A DNA stretch of 64,000 nucleotides, taken from the NCBI GenBank assembly GCA_965217775.1, contig CBDCJH010000002.1, positions 1,120,001 to 1,184,000 of the forward strand, read 5' to 3'. The position numbers were made by a program, and so were the translations under genes. Below are positions 56,903-64,000 of this stretch, piece by piece. Each line of letters starts with the position of its first letter. Positions within the stretch are counted from its first letter, which is position 1. The DNA comes from Acidobacteriota bacterium (GTDB lineage Bacteria > Acidobacteriota > UBA6911 > RPQK01 > JAJDTT01). The notes under the pieces are model-generated. The model saw only the letters and a list, made by a program, of their open reading frames with translations, had not been told where the DNA came from and did no database searches.

Positions 56903-57430
56903 GTGTCTTGCTACTCGGAGCCTGTTTTGCGGAAGGTCCGGAGGGACTGGCAGGCGCCGGCGAATCGGGCGCTGATGACATCCGGCGGGGAGGAGTGGAT
57001 CAATCCGCGGAGCTTGGCCGAACTCCGGACCGAGACCCTGAAACGAGGTGACCTGGAGACGCCAGCGGGATTCAGTCGGGTGTCGAACATCCACCGGGGG
57101 CCTCAGTCTTACAGCGGGGAGCGATCCAGCGAGATGCGAATGATGGCCGATCGGGTCGAGCGCCCCAACCGGGCGCTGGCTCGGGCGCGGAACCGAAAGG
57201 AGCGGGCCATCCAGCAGGCTCTCCGGCTGGCGGAGGGGTTGACGGGAGACCTGGTCCGCGTGGTGCGCGAGCCCCGGATTCAACCCGGGGCTCTCCCGGG
57301 CTGCCGGAGGTACCAAGTGGGCAAAACGGCACGGCTCGACCGACCTGCCGGCGGTCCCCGCCGACGTAGAGATGATGTCCGAAGGATACGCTTGTGCATG
57401 CTGAGCGGGCCGGTCGGGACGACCCATTGA
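56903..57430 (+). pseudogene. Possible degenerate transposase fragment
   Basis: Basic helical segment (VERPNRALARARNRKERAIQQA) with no clear start, lying between two IS ends; family not assignable. Confidence 0.25.
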
Positions 57431-57887
57431 GCCCCGCAAGGAGGCCCCCGGCGCGTCACGCCTCCGGATCGAGGGCACACTGAAGACAGCCCCATGAGGC
57501 CAGCGGGAGTTCCACCTGCTGGCCCGAGAGTATGTCTTGACCAGCCAGACGCGGCATTCGAAGGACGACTCCGCTCACCGGTCGGAGCGGACCCGGAAGC
57601 TCGGGCGCGCCATTGGGTCGAGCCGGTTGACGGACCAGGGAAGGCGTAGTGTGGACTGCGCCGTGCCCCGACGCGAGGTCCTCTTCCATCCTGGCCGAGA
57701 AATGTCTTCCCATCTCGCGCCAGCCACATGGGAAGAGAGTCGACGGTCAGTGTAGGAGTTGGGATTTCACCAAATATTCACCATATCGACCCTTATTTTA
57801 ATGATAATTTCACTGGATCCTTGCTATACTCGATTCAGAAAGTGCATTCGGTGTTTTGAGGGAAGTCTTCTAAAAGGAAGAGTGGCC

Positions 57888-58210
57888 TTGATTTTCGTCA
57901 TCAGTCAAGGGGCGACGGACTGGAAGCGGTTGTGGCAGAGACTGGCGCGGGTGTGCTGGGCGCCGGGATAGTGGACGGAGGAGGAATCGGGCCCGTGGAA
58001 GGGACCGAAACGGTGGGATTTTCTCACCGGAAAGTCAACCTGTCGGCGGGTGACGCCCCCCTGGCCGGTAAACGGTTTATGACTGGTTCAATCGTCCTGT
58101 TTTCGAGCCGATTCAGTCGAATCGGCAGAGGTTCAAGAGAAACCGGGCTGCGACCGCACGAAAACGCCGGGTTGGAAGCCCTTATCAACATGTCCCATGA
58201 ATAATCTGGG
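57888..58210 (+). mobile_element. Partial second IS1380 copy (transposase 3' tip and right end)
   Basis: Highly similar to 56343-56666; ends with the same IR ATGAATAATCTGGG, followed by TTCCC. Confidence 0.9.
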
Positions 58211-58256
58211 TTCCCAGACGTCATTAGGTATTAGGTCGCCAAAACAAGACGACTTC

Positions 58257-61200
58257 ATGGGAGGAGGAGCCCGCTTGAGAAGTCCACTACTCGGCTCATT
58301 CTCGGGTCCGTTTATTGCCTGGTGGCTGTTTTTCGTCCTGGCGCCACCGCAATCCGGCGGGCCCCCATCAAAGACCATTCTCCGGTCGGCGGACGACTCG
58401 ATCACCCGTCAGGCGCAGGAATCGGGGGAGATGATTCTGTACTTCCCGGATTACGTGGACGGCGAGGGATGGTCGGTGCAGTTGGTCCTCAGCAACGTCG
58501 ACCCGGAGGCCGCAGCCGAGGTCCGGGTGGATGTCTACGACCCCGAGGGCCAACCGATCCGGGATCTGTTCGATTCGGATTTGACGTTGGAGATTCCGGC
58601 GCTGGGCAGTCGCGTCTTGAGAAGCGCCGGTTCAGGAGCCATTCGGCGGGGTTGGATCCAGGTCCAGACCGATTCCGCTGCAGTTGGTGGACTGCTGACC
58701 TACCGGAACGCCCAAACGGGGATCGAAGTCGGCGTCAAGCCCGTCGATCTGGGACCCCAGTTCGCCTTGTTTGTGGAGGAATCCCCGACGGTCGGCGCCG
58801 GCGTCGCCGTCTTTAAGCCGGACGCCTCGCCCCGCCTTGAGCTACGTATCCGAGGCGAGGAGGGGAACGACCCCTTGGAGGGCGGGTTCGTCCCCTGGAG
58901 GGATTTCCACCAGGCGGCGCGCACGCTCCCGGAATGGTTCAGCGGCGAAGGGGTGGACACGGGGTTCTTGACCGACTTTCGCGGCCTGTTGTTCTTGGAG
59001 AGTGAAGACGAATCTCCGTTCGCCCCGCTGGGGCTACGGTTCGGGAAGGGAACGTCTTCGCTCTCGGCGGTGCCGGCGATCCGGACTCATGGTGAGGAAC
59101 CCAAAGAGACAAACCTGGTCTTCCCCGACTACGTGGACGGAGGGGGATGGTCGGTGCAACTGGTGCTCAGCAACGTCGATGCGGACACTGCGGCCGAGGT
59201 TCGGGTCGAAGTCCACGACTCGGACGGACAGCCGGTGCTGGATCTGTTCGAATCTAATCTGACGTTGGAGATTCCGGCGCTGGGCAGTCGAGTCTTGAGA
59301 AGCGCCGGAGCCGGAGCCATGCGGCGGGGCTGGATCCAGGTCGAGTCCGATTCCGCCTTAGTGAGCGGACTGTTGACGTACCGGCACGTCCAAACGGGGA
59401 TCGAAGTCAGTGTCGAGCCGGTCCAGTTGGGGAAGGAATTCGCTCTGTTCGTGGAGGAATCGGGAACCGTGGGGGCGGGACTGGCCCTCTTCAATCCGGA
59501 TGCAGAATCCAGGATCGAGCTGAGACTGCGCGACGAGGAGGGAAACGACCCGTTGGACGGGGTGTTCCTCCCCTGGAGAGACTTCCACCAGGCGGCGCGC
59601 ACGCTCCCGGAATGGTTCGACATCGAAGGAGTCGATACGGAGTTTCTGAGGGACTTTCGGGGCCTCCTGTTCCTGCGAGCGGAGGGCGAATCGGGGTTCG
59701 CTCCGCTGGGACTGCGGTTCGGGAAGGGCACCTCGTCGCTCTCGGCGGTGCCGGCGATCCGGCTCCCGGAAGGAGGAGGAATCGATGGCGGTCTCGCCCC
59801 GCCTCCGACGGTGACGCTGGCGGCTTCACCGACGTCGATCGATCGGGGCCAGAGCACGACGTTGACGTGGTCCTCCACGAGTGCGGAGAGCGCCGAAATC
59901 ACTCCGGACATCGGCGTGGTGCCGACTTCGGGCACGCGGAAGGTTTCGCCCAACGTCACCACGACCTACCGCATCACGGTGACGGGCGCGGACGGACAGA
60001 CGGCCACGGCGTCGGTGACGGTGGCCATTTCCGAGCGGGTGTTGCTGAGGGCGGTGTTCGATGCCATGGGCGGATCGGCGTGGACCCGTAGCGACAACTG
60101 GCTGACCGACGCCCCGCTGGGGGAATGGTACGGGGTCGAGGTCGATAGCCAGGGCCGGGTGATCGGACTGCGGATGGCCGAGTGGGTCGAAACTGAAGAT
60201 GGGAGACGAGTAAAAATCGGGAACAGATTGACGGGGTCGATCCCACCGGAACTGGGTTCGCTCTCCCACCTGAGAGTCCTGAACCTAAGTGAGAACCGAC
60301 TGACGGGGCCGATCCCGCCCGAACTCGGACAGCTCTCCAATCTGCAGAGGCTGGACCTCAGTGTGAATGCGTTGACGGGCCCGATCCCGCCGGAATTGGG
60401 GCGGCTGTCCAACCTGAGGGTCTTGGACCTCGGTAGGAACAATCTGGAAAGCCCGATCCGACCGGAGCTGGGAGCGCTCGCCCAACTGGAGTTCCTGCAT
60501 CTCGGTAGTAACGATCTGAGGGGCCCGATCCCCCCGGAACTTGGGCGCCTCTCCAACCTGAAGGTCTTGGATCTCGGTAGGGACCGACTGACGGGGCCGA
60601 TCCCGCCCGAACTCGGACAGCTCTCCAATCTGCAGAGGCTGGACCTCAGTGGGAACCGACTGACGGGGCCGATCCCGCCCGAACTCGGACAGCTCTCCAA
60701 TCTGCAGAGGCTGGACCTCAGTGGGAACCGACTGACGGGGCCGATCCCGCCGGAATTGGGGCGGCTGTCCAACCTGAGGGTCTTGGACCTCGGTTGGAAC
60801 AATCTGGAAAGCCCGATCCGACCGGAGCTGGGAGCACTCGCCCAACTGGAGTTCCTGGATCTCGGTAGTAACCTTCTGAGGGGCCCGATCCCGCCGGAAT
60901 TGGGGCGGCTGTCCAACCTGAGGGTCTTGGACCTCGGTGGGAACAATCTGAGGGGCCCGATCCGACCGGAGCTGGGGGTGCTCGCCCAACTGGAGTTCCT
61001 GGATCTCGGTCTGAACCTTCTGAGGGGCCCGATCCCGCCGGAATTGGGGCGGCTGTCCAACCTGAGGGTCTTGGACCTCGGTGGGAACGACAATCTGAGA
61101 GGCCCGATCCCACCGGAACTTGGGCGCCTCTCCAAATTGAAAATGCTGAATCTCAGCGGGGTCAATCGCTATCGCTATGAGGAAAACCGTCCGCCGTTGG

Positions 61201-62567
61201 ATTACTTGCCCTTGGCTGGCCTATCCGGGCTGACTTGGCTGGACCTCGGTCACAATCACACACCGGATTTGTCGTCGCTGGCGGGGTTGACCAAGCTGGC
61301 ATGGTTGAATCTCGAGTATAATGGCATACTGGATGTGTCGCCTCTGGCGGGCCTCCTTGAACTGGAATACCTGAACGGTGGACAAAACCGGATTGCAGAC
61401 ATATCCCCGTTTGCCGGGCTGACCAACCTGCGAGAAGCGGTCCTCTCCAGCAACGACATATCGAACCTTGAGCCTTTGACGGCAAACACGGGCTTGGGCG
61501 CCGGCAGCGTGGTTGACGTGAGAGCAAACCCCTTGAGCAGCATATCCATACGTGACTACGTCCCCGCGCTTCAGGGTAGGGGGGTCACGGTTCTCTTTGA
61601 CGACATTAAGTCTTTTTCTGATCCGGAAATATACAACGACAACGTTTTCGTCTTGCCCGTTGACGAGAACCTCGCTGCAGGCGGCTGGTCAGCGGTGGAT
61701 TGGACGAGACGGTTCTATGAGTATTTCAATGATGAATTCGATTTCCTGGTTTTTGTTTTAAACCTATACGCCGAGGAATTAGACGATCCTGCCAGCAACC
61801 TGAAAAGCTCCTTTATTCGTTCCCACAACGATGTACAAGGAATCGGCCTCCGGAACTCCTCAGATTATAGGTTTCCAGCGGCCCTCCAGGGCGTGGTCGT
61901 TCATGGGACTGTTTCTTTTTCAATTAATACCCAGTCCATCATATATCAGGGCCCGATGCTGCATGAGTTGATGCATCGGTGGGCGAATTTCATCACACCG
62001 AGTTCGGGTCAGGGATCCCACTGGGGATTCAGCAGCGCCGACGGAATCCTTGGCGGATTCGACATCGCCAAGTTAGTGGACCATGGCGACGGTCGTTATA
62101 CGGCAGGATACTTCTCGAGGAGGGGAGTGGCCGCCAACGACAAACCCTACAGCCCCATCGAATTGTATTTGGCGGGTCTCGTACCGCCGGAGGAGGTGCC
62201 CGACCTTTGGGTGGCCGAGGATGGGGAGTGGCTTCTCGGCGAAGGAGGCAACCACGTTACATCGGCCGATGGCGAAATGATATTCACCGCGAGTCAGATC
62301 AGAACCTATACGATCGATGACATCGTCAGGATGCATGGGTCACGTGTGCCCGACTCTTCTCACTCGCAACGTGAGTTTCGCGCGGCAACGATTCTTCTGG
62401 TCGATGATCACCACCCGGCGAAGCGCAGGATCTTGGATCAGCTGAGCGACGACGTTTCCTGGTTCAGCCAGGCGGCGTCCGACGACGACCGCGAGTACAA
62501 TTTCTATGAAGCAACCGGCGGCAGGGCTACGATTGACATGAACGATCTGCCGCGGTCTCAGAGGTAG
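58257..62567 (+). CDS. Large exported leucine-rich repeat protein with duplicated N-terminal domain, Ig-like domain and C-terminal HEXXH metallopeptidase-like domain (start uncertain)
   Basis: Two 226-aa repeats (FPDYVDG at 58443 and 59121), ~13 24-aa LRRs, ~4 22-aa internalin-type LRRs, HELMH at 61962. Confidence 0.88.
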   Translation: MGGGARLRSPLLGSFSGPFIAWWLFFVLAPPQSGGPPSKTILRSADDSITRQAQESGEMILYFPDYVDGEGWSVQLVLSNVDPEAAAEVRVDVYDPEGQPIRDLFDSDLTLEIPALGSRVLRSAGSGAIRRGWIQVQTDSAAVGGLLTYRNAQTGIEVGVKPVDLGPQFALFVEESPTVGAGVAVFKPDASPRLELRIRGEEGNDPLEGGFVPWRDFHQAARTLPEWFSGEGVDTGFLTDFRGLLFLESEDESPFAPLGLRFGKGTSSLSAVPAIRTHGEEPKETNLVFPDYVDGGGWSVQLVLSNVDADTAAEVRVEVHDSDGQPVLDLFESNLTLEIPALGSRVLRSAGAGAMRRGWIQVESDSALVSGLLTYRHVQTGIEVSVEPVQLGKEFALFVEESGTVGAGLALFNPDAESRIELRLRDEEGNDPLDGVFLPWRDFHQAARTLPEWFDIEGVDTEFLRDFRGLLFLRAEGESGFAPLGLRFGKGTSSLSAVPAIRLPEGGGIDGGLAPPPTVTLAASPTSIDRGQSTTLTWSSTSAESAEITPDIGVVPTSGTRKVSPNVTTTYRITVTGADGQTATASVTVAISERVLLRAVFDAMGGSAWTRSDNWLTDAPLGEWYGVEVDSQGRVIGLRMAEWVETEDGRRVKIGNRLTGSIPPELGSLSHLRVLNLSENRLTGPIPPELGQLSNLQRLDLSVNALTGPIPPELGRLSNLRVLDLGRNNLESPIRPELGALAQLEFLHLGSNDLRGPIPPELGRLSNLKVLDLGRDRLTGPIPPELGQLSNLQRLDLSGNRLTGPIPPELGQLSNLQRLDLSGNRLTGPIPPELGRLSNLRVLDLGWNNLESPIRPELGALAQLEFLDLGSNLLRGPIPPELGRLSNLRVLDLGGNNLRGPIRPELGVLAQLEFLDLGLNLLRGPIPPELGRLSNLRVLDLGGNDNLRGPIPPELGRLSKLKMLNLSGVNRYRYEENRPPLDYLPLAGLSGLTWLDLGHNHTPDLSSLAGLTKLAWLNLEYNGILDVSPLAGLLELEYLNGGQNRIADISPFAGLTNLREAVLSSNDISNLEPLTANTGLGAGSVVDVRANPLSSISIRDYVPALQGRGVTVLFDDIKSFSDPEIYNDNVFVLPVDENLAAGGWSAVDWTRRFYEYFNDEFDFLVFVLNLYAEELDDPASNLKSSFIRSHNDVQGIGLRNSSDYRFPAALQGVVVHGTVSFSINTQSIIYQGPMLHELMHRWANFITPSSGQGSHWGFSSADGILGGFDIAKLVDHGDGRYTAGYFSRRGVAANDKPYSPIELYLAGLVPPEEVPDLWVAEDGEWLLGEGGNHVTSADGEMIFTASQIRTYTIDDIVRMHGSRVPDSSHSQREFRAATILLVDDHHPAKRRILDQLSDDVSWFSQAASDDDREYNFYEATGGRATIDMNDLPRSQR
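60226..61160 (+). repeat. 72-bp coding tandem repeats (LRR array)
   Basis: Near-identical units containing CCGATCCC.CC.GAA.T.GG; two consecutive units encode identical peptides. Confidence 0.92.
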
Positions 62568-63222
62568 GAAGCGCGAGTGGAAGCGGCGAATCCGCCCGAG
62601 TTGCAAGAAGGATCGCTCGGTTCTTCGGGCGACGCGTCGATTCCGGGATCGGTAATCAGGCCGGGGTTGGAGAGGTTGACGAGCCGTGGAATCCCAGATC
62701 CGGAGGACTGGACACAATAAACAGAGGCAGATCGTCCGTCCAGAATACAAACTCCCTCGACTAGCGTCCGTTAACTGATTATTAACGGAAGTACTCCACC
62801 CTGCCACACTGGGTTCGGAGTAAAAACGCCGTAGCTGCTACCGACCTCGGTGAAACCAACCCGACGAAAAACATACGTCTTTTTCTAGCGACGACGATGC
62901 CAGTTCGGAAAATCTGGCGGGGAATACAATTGATCCTCTCCACAGATTACCCGTTTCCCAAAACAGTAGGGAGACAAACAATAGAGTCGCTGTGGATCTG
63001 AGCGATCTCTTTGGTCTTGGTGGGAGCCCAACCGGCAGGGAGAAGGGGCAGTTACCATCTTTGTATGCTGAAATCTTCGACAAACGAGACATATCACCAT
63101 CTTCAGCATCAGAGGGACGAAAATGCCAAAAAATGGGGCGAATTGGAGAGATCTCATGATCGACAACGAGAAGAGAAGGGGACAGTCACCTTCTCTGGCT
63201 CTGTGGGTGTTTGGCGCGCTCA

Positions 63223-63371
63223 GGCACCGGAGCTGGGCTCCGTCCGGGACCTCCCTGGACGAGCTGCTCAAGAACAGCGCCAGCTACGGTTTCTCCTTCG
63301 TGGGGTTCTCGGAGGAGGTGACGGGCAAGCTCTCCATGGACCAGTTCGAGCTCCATCTGGCGAGTCCGTAG
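63223..63371 (+). pseudogene. 3' fragment of a paralog of the 53529-54230 lipoprotein
   Basis: HRSWAPS..SLD.LLK.SASYGFSFVGFSEEVTGKLSMDQFELHL with no matching 5' part. Confidence 0.8.
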
Positions 63372-63730
63372 CCGAGACCTTCGCTTTCCAAGAGGATTCA
63401 GATCCGAACGGTCATCGCATGCAATGACGGCCCGAATCATAGATCCTGATGCGAGCGGCCCTGGAATTGAATCGGGCGGTCCAGGTGACCACGAAGGCGG
63501 CTATGGGACTTGTTCGTCGGTAATCAGATCGGTCGGGACCAGGTCGATGCATCGGCTGGCCAATCCGGGCGTGACCTGGCGCGCGTCACTGTGCCCGGGA
63601 TGGCCGTTTCAGAGTCCGTTTGTACCGATGGATTACTGGGGACAGGAGCCGAGTTCCAGAACCTAAGAATAGGACCCGAAAATATACTTTATTGGGCTCT
63701 AAACCACGCCCCTGACTCCCTATATTCTCC
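63223..63730 (+). repeat. Diverged ~500-bp direct repeat, copy 2
   Basis: Collinear with 54082-54588, including AATATACTTTATTGG and CCCTATATTCTCC. Confidence 0.85.
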
Positions 63731-63842
63731 TTCGTCCGTGGCTCCCGATCTCCTCTTTTCCCCAACCCGGTGAGCCCATCCGGGCACCAAAATCACATTG
63801 ACCCCTGACGGGATCATCTCAAACCCGGAGGAGGTCGATGCC

Positions 63843-63983
63843 ATGAAACGACAGACGAACAAGAGTGGAGAAGGGCTCAGGAACGCCACGGCGGCGGGAC
63901 TTGTCCCCCTGTTGCTACTCGCGAGCGTGCCAAGCTGCGGCGGGTGGTCCGTGGATCCCATGCCCACTTGCAGTCCGTGGTGA
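63843..63983 (+). CDS. Short ORF with lipoprotein-like signal peptide, possibly truncated or frameshifted
   Basis: GGAGGAGG RBS; MKRQ...LLLLASVPSC then an early stop near the window edge. Confidence 0.35.
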   Translation: MKRQTNKSGEGLRNATAAGLVPLLLLASVPSCGGWSVDPMPTCSPW

Positions 63984-64000
63984 AAGTCCCGCGAGCACCG

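Noticed and set aside
60226-61160. Diversity-generating retroelement or CRISPR in the LRR array
   Set aside because: Repeats are in-frame coding units; there is no reverse transcriptase or separate template repeat, and substitutions are not restricted to adenines.
1-64000. tRNA or rRNA genes, prophage or integrase
   Set aside because: None recognised by eye; a covariance-model scan would be needed to exclude small RNAs.

Overview
GC-rich bacterial chromosomal window. Its gene content (Planctomycete-type DUF1501/DUF1549-DUF1553 cluster, sulfatase, sialidase, FG-GAP and beta-propeller proteins, BlaI/BlaR1-TonB, a large LRR protein) resembles Acidobacteriota, possibly host- or sponge-associated; this taxonomy is inference only. 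It opens with the 3' end of an frdABCD operon and an RpoD-like sigma factor, then runs through carbohydrate/sulfate-ester catabolic genes, a thiol-redox/envelope module and several peptidases. Three mobile elements have boundaries readable by eye. (1) An ISAs1-family element (26268-28412, 10-bp TSD) whose transposase is fused to a DUF4338 domain with a Mom-like motif. (2) An IS110-family element (41105-42660) inserted at the CT core of a genomic REP; its left end contains all four putative bridge-RNA guide segments, and a perfectly matching empty target lies at 2479-2491. (3) An IS1380-family composite unit (54670-58210, 5-bp TSD) that appears to split the 5' end of a ~1440-aa LRR/HEXXH protein gene. 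Also present are REP/REPIN-like repeats overlapping stop codons, three clusters of a 16-bp TGT-N10-ACA palindrome around creD, two modules whose partner genes appear truncated, a tandem dipeptidase pair with altered metal ligands, and a ~500-bp diverged direct repeat bracketing the LRR region. No rRNA, tRNA or CRISPR array was recognised. All family assignments come from motif recognition, not database searches.
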